Shown: positions 51,356-62,995 of the stretch, piece by piece
How positions within the stretch are numbered: the first letter of the stretch is position 1
How the letters are laid out: every line of letters begins with the position of its first letter
Assembly (NCBI GenBank): GCA_013239625.1
Contig: MU053881.1
Coordinates: forward strand, 9,509,957-9,573,956
From: Lama guanicoe
Lineage: Eukaryota
Direction: 5' to 3'
DNA length: 64,000 bases
The notes under the pieces: model-generated
Told to the model about the DNA's origin: nothing
The model's database searches: none
What the model saw: only the letters and a program-made list of their open reading frames with translations
Made by a program: the position numbers and the translations under genes

Positions 51356-51828
51356 TGAGGGAGGATGACAAGCAGTCTCTGTAAGACGTTCACATTCAAA
51401 TCCCCAGGACTGAGAATCCACTACCTTACGTGGTAAAGGGGACTTGGTAGAGATGACTAAGATGAAGATCTCAAAATGGGGAGATGATCATGTATTACCC
51501 AGGCAGACTCAGTACGACAGGGGTCCTCCTAAGAGAAAGGCAGAGGGAGGCTCTAGAGACGAGGTCAAGCTGGTGCGGAGGAAGCAGAGACGGGAGTGAC
51601 ACAGCCAAGAGGCAAGGAACGGGGCAGTGCTTAGAAGATAAAGAACCAAGGAATAGATTCTTTCCTGGATCCTCCAGAAGGAAACAGCCCTGCTGACACT
51701 TTGATTTTAGCTCAGTAAGACTCAACTTGGACTTCTAACCTCCAGAATTATGAGAGAATAAATCTGTGTTGTCAGAATCCACTAAGCTTGTGATAATTTG
51801 CTATGGCAGCACTATTAGAAAACTAATA
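51356..51828 (+). mobile_element. MaLR solo LTR (MLT1C/D-like)
   Basis: 'cctccagaaggaaacagccctgctgacactttgattttagctcagtaagactc...gaataaatctgtgttg...agaaaactaata'. Confidence 0.9.
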
Positions 51829-52064
51829 CATTGACCCTTTGACCAAACATTGACCCTTTGAACTGCATGGGTCCACTTATACATGGGGTTTTTTTTGCAA
51901 TAAATAAAGAGTTTTACTCCATATCCACAGAATCTGCAGGGGCCAAGGGCTAAGTGTAAGGGACTTGAGCTTCCACAGATTTCAGTATCTGCCCCAGGGG
52001 TGGGGTGAGAGGAGTGGGAGGGGGACCTGGAATCAACCCTCCTGCAAATACTGAGGGACCACAG
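51829..52064 (+). mobile_element. TcMar-Tigger MITE (MER2/Tigger2-related)
   Basis: Ends 'cattgaccct...tttgaactgcatgggtccacttata' and 'gggacttgagc...ctggaatcaa...atactgagggaccacag'; TA at both flanks (51827-51828, 52065-52066). Confidence 0.85.
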
Positions 52065-52794
52065 TACACACCTTTGGAGGGATGCTTTCTTAACTAACGA
52101 CGGGGCACCCAGGCTGCTCTCACACTAAAAGACCAAAGTCACCTCTCACGTCGTTATTTAATTAATAGCATAAAGCTTGGAGGTGGGGGCTTATAAATAA
52201 TTTCCTCCCAAAAGTGAAGGAAAGAAATGAGGTCCCAATGGATCCCGTGGATCTCTTGGTCTGTAGAAAGTGAATCAACCCTCCAGAGACTGTTAACTGT
52301 TTAGTACATCACAGCCAGCGCATGACACTACCCAACGGACAGAGGAGAGAAACCAAAAGAAAATCTAAGAGAAAAGAAATGCTCTACCCTTTCTGGGCTT
52401 AGTTTATATTGGACACTGTAACTCAAAATGAAATGGGCTGGAACAAAGCACTGGGGTTTCCTTCGGAGACAAGAGTTTACCTAATCAAACATCAACAAAC
52501 AGCTGGAGCAGGCTCTCCGTGTCTCTGAATCTCTTGCCACCTGTGACACGGAGCATCCATCCCCGGACCCCTGCTCGTGGGAAGAGTACTCCAAGGCAGC
52601 AGAAGAGTGACGGGACGGCCTCCCAGGAGCCCACACACACACACGCAAGCCGCTGTCACCACCCGTGTCGTCGCTGTCACTTAAAATATTTTTTTTTACA
52701 AAATTAAAAATATTTAATGAGATGTTTACGTCACACCCATTTGGGGAAACTAAGCTTTTATTTTAAGGAGGAAGAATACAGCTGCTTGGGTTTT

Positions 52795-53060
52795 AAAAAA
52801 ATCCCCTCATTTCAATGTGAATGCAGCACAGCTGTCTTGATGAGCCATTGCAGAAGGCGGGCGGCGCCATTGGACCAAAGTTGGAGCGTGTAATGATGTC
52901 CTGTCGCCCATGGCTCCTTTGTAAAAATAACAGCAGTTTGCCAGGATAGTGTTGGTCCAGAAAGGGGCTGGTCAACGGCGGCTCATATGTAAGCCTGGCA
53001 GAGCCTGGCATGTGCGAAATGTGAAGTGTGGGAGATGCACGTGGATATATTTAGTTCTCC
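52795..53060. promoter_or_regulatory. Putative conserved regulatory element (GC box plus inverted CCAAT)
   Basis: GGGCGG at 52859-52864, ATTGG at 52869-52873, SOX-type CCTTTGT, E-box CAGCTG, retained CpGs. Confidence 0.4.
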
Positions 53061-53274
53061 TAAAAGCGCAGTGGTCACCCATCCTCACACGGCTTGGTGG
53101 GAATCGGCTTAGTTAGCATCAGCTGCACAAGTTGCTCATGCATGATGGAAAGCTCCGATCATCTGACATTTTTGTTCTAAAAACTATTTTCAAAATGTCA
53201 GCAAGTCTCCAGACTTCAACTCAGTGGTTAAGGCCTACTCAAAATCTGCTACTAGGAACTACTCTGTGGTTGGA

Positions 53275-53305
53275 GTGTGTGTGTGTGTGTGCACGTGCCT
53301 GTGTG
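53275..53305. repeat. Short (TG)n
   Basis: Direct reading. Confidence 0.85.
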
Positions 53306-54819
53306 TTTCCTTTTCAGTGAATATTCATACAGGAAGGAGCTCACGGGTAAGATACCAAAAGAAGTAGGGGGGTAAAAAGTCTTCCTTATAATCCCACAAT
53401 ATATGAGATCAATTTCCAGCTCCAGAAAACCATTTACAAAGGAAAAATTAGATTGAAGGAAATTATAATAAAGGAGATAAAATATAGGAGTCCAATAAAT
53501 GACTGTGAAGCACAGAAAACTCAATAATGATCCCCCACTCCTACTAATTTTGAATTCTAGGTAAAGGCAAACACAATTAGAAAAATCCATACACTGTTTC
53601 CTTTGGCACCTCATTGCCAAGCACACCATCTAATAAGCTTCTCTCTCAGTTCCACATAGCCATGGTCACATCTAATCCTTGTCATGCTCATCAGTAAATA
53701 AAAGTTCATTCTAATGCCTGTGAAGCACCACGGGGCTGCACTCATTTGGGCTGCCCTCATTCACAACTTGAGGCTAGTGGATGCAGATACTAAAGTTTAC
53801 GATGACAGCGAGCAAATTGATACTTAAGGGACCCAGTCTCTGGGCTTCTACCACACCACTACTAAAGCTTATACTTGACACCACACTTAGTGGAGATTCA
53901 GAAAGCGGGTATCCGAGCCACTGCAGGACTCCGGTCCTTCATGGATGCTTCAGGGTTCCGGTGAGCCCTTTACCTCCTCCTCCTCTGTAGGACATCATGC
54001 GGCGTGGACCACTCAGATTTACTAGCTTCAAAATATGAATAAAAGTTAAAAGCAAGCCACTTCAAAAACGTCAGGATCTTAAACAAAGTAGAGCAACAGT
54101 CCTCAAGATGATGGGTGATAAATCCTAAAGACTTGGAAAGCATGCATGGGGAGGGGATGGAACGGGAGCCATTATCATAACATAGCAAGGAAAACATACT
54201 TACAAGGGGCTAGGTCTCTGGGCAGGAGGTACAGCTTGGTGAAAGTCAGCGAGAGTCCTTCCTCCCAAAAGGTCCTTAGAATGCATGGAAAAAATCTTCT
54301 ATAAACACATGCACCTACACCCCCAGATCAACATCCTTCCAGGAGGTTCAGTTTTTCAATACTAATTCTCCTTGTACATTTCAGATGTGCTGGTATATAA
54401 GGAACCCTAGGCGAGGTTGATACTGCTTCCTTTTCTTCCCCCAGTTTGCCACTTCATGAAGATATTTTAACTACTTGTCATTGATCATGATTACACACAA
54501 GTGACTACTCCTCATTAAAAACTTGGCACTAATACACAAATAATTATTGACACAATTAAGCTTTGACACTGTGCCCATCAAATTCCTTTTGTCCTTGCCA
54601 TGTATCAGTCCCACATTATTCTTTTCGTAAAAAGAGAAAATTATCTGTTTTAATCAGAGCTAAACTCTCTCAAGTTTGGTCACAGTATAAATATAAGGAA
54701 ATGCTGAATTACTAAAAATAGCCACTGCTCCATCCAGTATGTTATTAGCATTCATAAAGGGGAAATGAAAAAGCCATGTTCAGACACTGAAGGACAGACA
54801 TCTAATGCAATTAAAAAAA

Positions 54820-55400
54820 AAAGAAATAATTCAGCATGAGAGTGACCAAATAAAAGAAGGCTGTCATTGCCAATGACTGCAAATGCAGCGTGGTGATGGT
54901 TATTTAAACAATCTATATGTATGTACGAGCACATAAACGGATATATTAGCCACACAGTGTTTAATTTCATTTCCCAATTTCTTAAAGTTGACGGAGTATA
55001 TGTTTGCTAATATAGTCAGTGCGTAATTACTCTGGTCAGTATGAATATGTAACAAATGTTGCAAATGCACAAGGGCCATTTTTCTTTCTGGAATAAAAAA
55101 AGGGTGCAATTTTTTTTTTTAAGCCCCACGCAATCATTTCCATCAAGAAAGATGATACCATGGACTCCCTTCCAAATATAGTTTGGGCCACATCTGCCAC
55201 AAGAGAGCTTGAAATATTATCATAGAAATGTTTGGGTAATTAGCAATTAATTTCCATTGACTAATATACAATAAAAATAGAGCTGCGTATGCATGAAGCA
55301 AATCGCAGTATGTGGTCTCCCTTCCTTCTTGATCACACTTCCACGGGGGTAAAATCTGGCTGATATACATTCCAAAGGCAGTCTGAAATCGACTGAATGG
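54820..55400. promoter_or_regulatory. Putative AT-rich conserved non-coding block
   Basis: Repeat-free, dense TAAT/TAATTA, forkhead-like TAAACA and octamer-like motifs, retained CpGs. Confidence 0.3.
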
Positions 55401-56984
55401 AAAAAAAATCTACCAACCATGTTTCAGAGAAACTGAAGGAGGCAGAAAACAGAATACAAGTCCCAGTGTAAACATGGGAGGGGGCAGTAATGCCAGGTTC
55501 TTTCTATATCGCAGCCTGCCCCAGTCCTCCTGGTTTTAATGGCAGGCGTAGGACAGGGCTTGCATGCTCATTTTAAATGTCTGACTTTATTCTTTATTAA
55601 GCCACTGATAATAAGTTTCTGAAAAGAATTCCCACTACCCATCCAAATCCTTCTCCCATCTGGTGTCACTCTTCCCTTCAGTCATTTGGTTCCTAAGGAA
55701 TCCAAAAGCAGAGATTTTAGACAGTCATTCTACTTTACAAAAGCCCGAGAGCAGTCTGTCACCATTCATACAGCAGCCCCCACCCTACATAAGATTCTAT
55801 AAAAAGGTACTTTTTCATATTACAAGTCTCCTAAATCTTCTCCAAAAACACTATTCAGCTCTATAGGTCTCAGGCAAAGTATTTATTAATGTGAAATACT
55901 CAGTCCTAGCTTCTAAAAACATAAAACTACCTAAGGGAACCAGGGTTGTGAGGGACGGGTATTAGCTGAGAAGTGAAGGCAACAAATACTGAATCAGTTC
56001 ATAGCAATCAGACATGGCAGTGTTCAGCATTCATCGAACGTCAAATCAGCATCGGAATTAGCACTGTATTCAATTCAGAATTTTGCTGCTTTTTAGCGGA
56101 AAAACTTGAGGCAGGTCACTGGACCTTTATAAAAAAAATAAGCATCATCACCTGCAGAAAAGAAAGTGAAATCCTTCTCATGATGCCAGTGTTAGAATAA
56201 AATATAAAAATACACGTTAAAGTAACTAGCATCTTTCTCTCTAATCAATAAGAGCCACAAAGAACGAACCATCATGAAAGCAAGTAACAGCATATCGGAG
56301 GTCATTACAATCCCTGGTTTCGATTTTTCAGACATATTTACGTTTCCTTTGTCCTGAATCATTTCGTTTTCATATTTACACTTCTGCTACGTATGGTCAT
56401 TTTTCAGTTGCATTAAATCTTTTGTAGACTGTGTAAGGGGTAGATAAGTCACACATGTATAAATTACATATAGCATTGCAATAAAATTTTCTGTACTGCA
56501 AAATAATATACTATCATGAGTTGGTGATTCACTTTCACTGAGGGAAAAGTGTTTCTCATATAAAAATATGTATGTCAGAAAGTCTCCTAGAATTTATCTT
56601 ACCAAGATGATTACAGATAAACAAAAAAACAGCCTATGTCCAGAAGCTTATGAATTTGTCTGAAGTTTAGAGTTTTATGCCCTAAACTCTTGCGGACATT
56701 TGGTTATATGCCCACTATACAAATCTATGTATCATACAATTTGATGGTATACAGATTGTTAAAAAAAAAAAAGTTTTCACATACGTAACATACATAAAAC
56801 ATATTCTCTAACCTCTTCACTCAAAACAACTCTGATAAAGGAACATTTTAATTCTCATTGTCTTCCTCTGTGTATCAGTTGAGGAAATGTTGACACTTAA
56901 AGGCAGATTGCATAAAATAGAAGTGATCGAAGGAAAAGAAACGTGCAGAATAGATCACTGAAATTTGGCAATACGAGTACAGTT

Positions 56985-57085
56985 ATGAATGAAAAAAAAT
57001 TAGCTTCTATAAAGTTCAATGCCTTGTCTAAGATCAGAGTTTCTAAGTGGTAGACCAGATTTATAAGACATCAGGCTACCACTCT
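56985..57085 (-). mobile_element. Degenerate MIR fragment
   Basis: 'aagttcaatgccttgtctaagatcaga...ctaagtggtagaccagattt'. Confidence 0.5.
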
Positions 57086-57318
57086 TTGAAGGTTCTCATA
57101 ACCAACCACATTACCTCCCACATAGTTAATTGTCCAGATACTCCCAGACAGTCATGAAGTCCCCGTCCATCACTCCAATCCTGGGTCATCCCTGGGCTTC
57201 GTTAAGAAACTTTCTGAGTCAGTTTAAAAAACATTCATGGAATGTTTTTCAGTACATTTTAAGTGCTATATTGTGCTCTTAGAAAAGCAAGATTTGCCAT
57301 TTTACCTCCAGCTAGATG

Positions 57319-57396
57319 CTTCTTTGATTCTTTTTTAGGTAAACACTTCTTTGATTCTCTTTTTTTTTAATCTTTGATTCTTTTCTAAATCTTTGA
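57319..57396. repeat. Degenerate minisatellite: three full copies and one partial copy of TCTTTGATTC(T)n
   Basis: Direct reading. Confidence 0.8.
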
Positions 57397-58318
57397 AAGC
57401 AAACATTATAGAGATCCGAACAGACAGTAATGAGGCTGAAGCCTTGGCTGACTCTCGACGCCTAACTTTCAAGCAACATTGGCTAAATCACTTTATAATC
57501 TTACTCTTGGAACTAGTTATGTCAGAATTGATAATATAAATATTTCAAGCTGTTAATATAGATGGATTTTTATTTTCTTGACTCTTACCCTTAGAAAACA
57601 AATTAGATGAAATTTTCTGGTCAGTTTGCTGCCCCATCAAGAAAGCAATGGTGTCAGATTTTGAAATGTGAAAATGGCTGATTGGTCTTTAATGAAAGAT
57701 TCTAATTTATACCAGTTTCTTTGAAAACACATGACTAGTTTCTGTTAATAGCCTAAATGATCACAGTTCCACCAATTAAAGTTAACAAGGCGGTAGTCAG
57801 TACAGCTCACATCGAGAAACAAATATATATGACTCGACCATAAATCTGGACTCAGAAAGGAGAAAGTGATGAAATTAATAGGAGCCTTCCTTGTTTTTCC
57901 CTACTCTAGATATGTTCTAAACTAGATTAAGGTCTTTGGCACAGTTACACAGAAACCTCATGGCTTGAACCCATTGTCAAGCTGCATCAGTGATGGACAT
58001 CTGGGGTACCTAGAGCACAGCCTGAATTTAGAACCCGCACACGTTTTCCTCCTTCACAGTGCTCCCCAAGGGGGGCACATTAAGACCCAGAAAAGGGGTT
58101 TTATCCTTTCCCCCGACAGTTTTATATTTGTGAATTCACCTTTCAATTTAAGCAAATGGTACTGGCTTCAACCTACAGTGCTGATCTAATATTTTCTTTT
58201 AAAAGTATTTTAAGTACAACAAGGGAGTCCCGTTTCAGTAAAAATACTAAGTAATGTTGAAAGGGGTGGGGAGGGAGGAGATCAAGGTTAATTAACACAA
58301 AAAGACAGAGGAGGTCGG

Positions 58319-58688
58319 TGCTATGAACTGAACTGTGTTCCCCCAAATTCATATGTTAAAGCCCTAACTCCCAGTGCGACGGTGTTTGGAAGCAGGTCTT
58401 TGGGAGGTAATTAGGGTTAAACGATGACATGAGGGTAGGACCCTCATGATGGGATAAGTGGCTTTAGAAGAAGAGGAAGAGAGAGAGATCATTTTTTGTC
58501 TGCCAGGTGAGTGCACATGGAGAAGGCAGCCATCCGCAAGTCAGGAAAAGAGCCCTCACCAAGAACTACATCAGCTGGCACCCTTGATCGTGGACTTTCC
58601 AGTCTCCAAAATGGTGAGAAGCAGTATCTGCTATCCAACCTACTCAGCCTAGAGCATTTTGACACAGCAGCCTGAGAAGACTAACATG
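58319..58688 (+). mobile_element. MaLR solo LTR (MLT1A/A0-like), about 370 bp
   Basis: Starts 'tgctatgaactgaactgtgttcccccaaattcatatgttaaagccctaactccc', ends 'gcagcctgagaagactaa'; degenerate 5-bp TSD GTCGG/GTCAG. Confidence 0.92.
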
Positions 58689-61254
58689 GTCAGAGAATGT
58701 AGAGAAACATATAAAATATCTGACACTCTGGGATGAAAAACCCAGTATGAGGACAAGAACTTCAGCCCACCGTGAGACTGGGGTGAGCCACAGATTCAAC
58801 CGGAATGGGAACACATGGAAGAAGGAGCCTGCACTGAGCACGTATCACTCTTGGCCATCTTGGCAGCAGGACCCCTTCTCCGTTCTAAGGATGTTACAAT
58901 GAAAAAGCAACACAGAAATGATAAAGAAATTGAGGGGGGACAACATGTGATCTGATTAGCTTTATGACAGAGACAGGCATGGGGAGAAATCTGGACAAGA
59001 ATAAGCAAACATGGGTGAGTATAAGGGTTTAACATGGCTACAATCCTGAGATTCTCTGGATGTTGTGTTCCCCTGCTACTTCTTCTACTGGTTTATTCAC
59101 AGCCAGTACAATGAATCCAACCTAGTGGCACTTGCACTGCTTCTCATTCATTCTACTAGTGTCAATGCCTGGGAGGGACTTGGGACTAGGAAGTGGTGGG
59201 ACTCACAATCCTGAGGACCAAGGCTGGTGACTGGACAACTATCTGTTGATTAGTTCAGCCACTTAAGGTTCAGACCACAGTGAGGAGGGATGAGATAGAA
59301 CCATAGGTTAAAAAATAATAGCCCTGCTGGGTTGATATGTGGACAAGGGAAATAGCTGAAGAGATACATAAAGGACTGAATTTAGAAAATACTGGTCTAA
59401 TGGTAAGCTTTTTAAGCATAAAATATAACTAATACATACACTCAAAGGTTAACCACCCTCTCTCCTTAAATACAGGGCTTAGAAGTTGTCCATATTTGTA
59501 TACTGTATTAATGACTGGGGTGGGATATGGAGTTGGAAGCTACTTTGTTACCTGTCTCATTAAAATGGAAAACTCGGATGTACTAATGCACTACTGGTAA
59601 CAAAATCCACTACTTTACCTTGCTCTTGACATAAGTCTCAATGAACCAGGATAAATAACCAAGTTCATTATATGTTTCTGCAAGAACTGTCAAAATACAT
59701 GCCATTTGTTTCTTCATCTGTTAAGAACCAAGGATGTAGAGATTTTTTTTAAACAGTAACTTCAATAAATGAGACGGAATACAATTTTCTGCATATTGGC
59801 AAACACTTGCTTTCAGTGGATCTATAAATTCTATGCCAAATATAAGGAATTCTGTTAATAGCTTAAAAATGTATGAGGGTTCAATTCACTTAAAGGTGAA
59901 GTGTCGTACTGTGATTATTTGATGAAATAAAACTGGAGAGTGCTCCTGTTTTAAAAGTGTTAGCAAAACCAGGATCAGTCTGACAGTCATAGAATGAGAT
60001 TAATAAATAACAACAATAATAAAAACTGAGCTCTAAACCCCAGAAAGGCAATTTTGAAACAATTACAGGCAACTATTATGGTGTGCCTCTAAACAGTTTT
60101 AGCTAAATTCCCGGAGCACAGCTCTGATGACAATAATGTGCACTGCGTATGCAGTTCACTGCACACACTTGAAAATGTACTCTGCTGTATTTTGTATTAA
60201 TGAATAAGGCTACCGGCTTAATATACTATCCTTAACAATAGAATTGTTCACAAGTGTGAGAGGACAACAATGTTCCCTCTGTGGCTTCACATCCAGGAGA
60301 GGTAATTTTTTGTGTGGGTGTTTTAAAGTCATTACTGCAGCCACTGTGGCTAGACTTACATCACCAATGCTTAAATTCTACCAAAAGCCTGGAATCAGGA
60401 AGAAAAATATGTACCAAGAGACCGTAATTTTCCTTTGCCAAGATGGTGATGGTTCTAGCCAATGAAATATGTGTTTGTCCAGTACAACAGTGGGGAAAAA
60501 ATGGGTCAGAGATAGGTTCTAAGTAAAGGAAATATACAGAACCAGCCAGGCCAGGCTCCGAGTCTAATTCCACTTTGCCAGGCTTTTTGTCAACTCTCCA
60601 CTTACTGGAGGAAATCAACATTCATGACTGAGCTCTCATAAAAATAAACAAGAACTAGAATGTAGCAAGGGTATGTTATAAAAATCTACTGCTAACAATG
60701 AACGCTATGAACAATTATCTATTTAGAAAAGTCATTCACCTCCACTAATTTTTATCTTTTTTCCTTTCAGTGTTTTATTGGATTTTATAAACATATGCTG
60801 CCCCCCTACCAAAAAAATCAAAATTCATTTTATAAAATGATATCATCAAGATAACAGTTGTGAAAAAGCTGTCCAATATCTAGCTATTAAAGAGCCTTTG
60901 ACCACGCTCACTGACAGTTTCTTTTTAAGTTTCATATTAAAATCTTTCTGCTGTTAAAGCAATTATTTTTTCCCCCAAATCAATAACCATTTCTTCTTTT
61001 GACTTTCAAGAGTTCCAGTTTTGCTGTTGTTTATTTTGAAACAAGCTATTTAAAATAGCAAAGCTGTCACTGTATTTCGTTAAATAGCAGTATTATGTTT
61101 GATTAACTATTCTATGGATAAAGATTCTGCAAACCGCATTTCTGTGGAGGAGGATGGCTCTCTGTCTCTGCGGTCTGTAATGTCCAATCTTGTGATTTTA
61201 GAAACTCTGAAATGGATGTCACAATGAAAAAGAATATCTCTGAAAAAAAAAAAG

Positions 61255-61352
61255 ACCTTTGGTTCAAATCTGGTTTTAACTTTTACTGGTTTTGTGGCCT
61301 TAGGAATATTATTTAATTTTCTGGGCCCTGATTTCTCTTTGTGGAAAAATGT
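61255..61352 (+). mobile_element. MIR fragment
   Basis: 'gacctttggttcaaatctgg...ttactggttttgtggccttagg...ttatttaattttctgggcc'. Confidence 0.7.
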
Positions 61353-61359
61353 GCAGAAT

Positions 61360-61546
61360 CGCAGAAAAGGACTGGCTAGCCAGCCAGATTTCTGTATTTG
61401 TTTGTTTTGTCATTTGAGCACCTTTAAATAAGGCGCCTGCCCTCAAGTTTACTACAAGCCCCTGTGTTTGCAATAATCAACATCTGGCAGCGATACATCT
61501 TTTCTGTCTGCCTAGATTCCATAGGTATTTGATTTTCAACTTTTGA
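61360..61546. mobile_element. hAT-Charlie fragment (MER102-like)
   Basis: Ends 'ttccataggtatttgattttcaacttttg', similar to the recalled MER102 terminus. Confidence 0.45.
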
Positions 61547-61577
61547 CAGCAAGGCCTGATTGATAGGATGGGGCTTC

Positions 61578-61670
61578 TGTTCCACTCAATTCCACTCTAT
61601 TCCATTGCATTCCACTCTATCCCACCCCAACCTATCCTACTCCACCTTATTCTAGCCTGGTCTAGTCTAC
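61578..61670. repeat. Degenerate pentamer repeat (TTCCA/CTCTA-like)
   Basis: Direct reading. Confidence 0.75.
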
Positions 61671-62747
61671 GGAGTGGTCAGGTGATCAATCAGGTGCTCA
61701 GAACATTCCGGGGGACCGGAACGAGCCTTGCCTCTCTGCAAACAAAATCCCAAAGCAGACACACCTCACAGAGCCGGGCAGGGCTGTGTGGCACGGTTCC
61801 CTGGACCATAAAAGCAGGTGGACAGGGAGGCTGTATCTGCCTCAGCGCTGACCTTCAGTTCCTCCCCTTCCTTTGTTGTCGTAGCCACTCTCTGTCTGTA
61901 GCCTGTATGCTTCCCATTCTCCCCTCCTCCTTTGCTCTTTCCTGCTTATCAGTCAGCCTGCCCACTGGGTGCTATGCTGTGCATCTGCCTCTTCAGTCAC
62001 ATGCCTCTCTGATGACTGTCTCTCTCTCATCCTGAGTCATTCCCCTTGCTTTTCAATCTGCTAACACTGCCAAGTTCATGCTCGTGCTTTAATAAATGTT
62101 TCATGCGACATGTTCGGTGTCCTAGGAGAGCTCCCAGACTTTCCCCACTGAAGTTACCGTAGGCAGAGAGGAATGAACATGTACCCCTGGGGGACCTGGG
62201 GGCTTAGCCCAAAGCAGCCGAAAGCAAGCCTGAAAGTGCTTTAAAGTATTGTGTTTCGTTTTAAAAATTCATGTGAATTTTTATATGCGGTTCTATAAAT
62301 ATCTCCGTATTTGTGATACTATTAAAATAATATTTCCCTCCAACTTGTTCAGTAAAATTGATGCTCCCGGAAGACGTGTCACGCTAATCCTGTGATACTT
62401 GGTGCATCTTGTGATAGCATCATCTACCCTCCAGGGGTTCACACACCTAATGCAGGTCGGGGGAGGACTTCTCCACTCCTTAGATTTCTCCCCTGTGACT
62501 GGCGATCTATTAGCATAACACGCCTGACCAACCTAGACGCCACCCTCAGTTATTCCCAGGGGAAGGAGGAGGGCCTTAATCCCTTGGCAAATTTGAAAGG
62601 AAAAACTGCTCAGCAGTAGCTCAGTCTCTCTCTCTCTCCTTCTTTCTCCTCCTCTGCCTACCTTGGGAGGAAGCATCTCATAAGATGCACAAATGCTACT
62701 CTGTCCCTCCAGATCATAACATTCGAAAGGGCTTGTCCAAACTGCCC

Positions 62748-62837
62748 GTACAGTGATAGAGGTTAGAAGAGGGGTTTCCTTCAGGAGGGAGCCTCTTGGG
62801 ATGCTAGAAACCTGCTAAATCTGGGTGGTGGTCACAC

Positions 62838-62872
<35 letters not shown>

Positions 62873-62995
62873 TGTGTACACACATATATATATATATACA
62901 CACATACACATACACACACAAAATTTGATCAAGCTGTAGAAGATATTTGACTTCCTTCTTTATAAGTTATATGCCACTAAAAAAGCAAAAAAAAA
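62748..62995 (+). mobile_element. Ancient L1 3' end (L1MC/ME-like) with internal microsatellite
   Basis: 'gtgatagaggttagaagagggg...atctgggtggtggtcacacaggtgt...atcaagctgta...taagttatat' and an A-rich tail. Confidence 0.7.
62841..62920. repeat. (TG)15 followed by (CA)/(TA) repeats
   Basis: Direct reading. Confidence 0.95.

Noticed and set aside
53722..53742. REST/RE1-like AGCACCACGG
   Set aside because: Right half-site (GGACAG) is missing
54195..54280. Possible minus-strand cassette exon ending CTT|GTAAGT
   Set aside because: Weak acceptor and no recognisable peptide in any frame
60138..60165. Small hairpin GTGCACTGC-GTAT-GCAGTTCAC
   Set aside because: 9-bp stem with a mismatch; too short for a pre-miRNA and expected by chance
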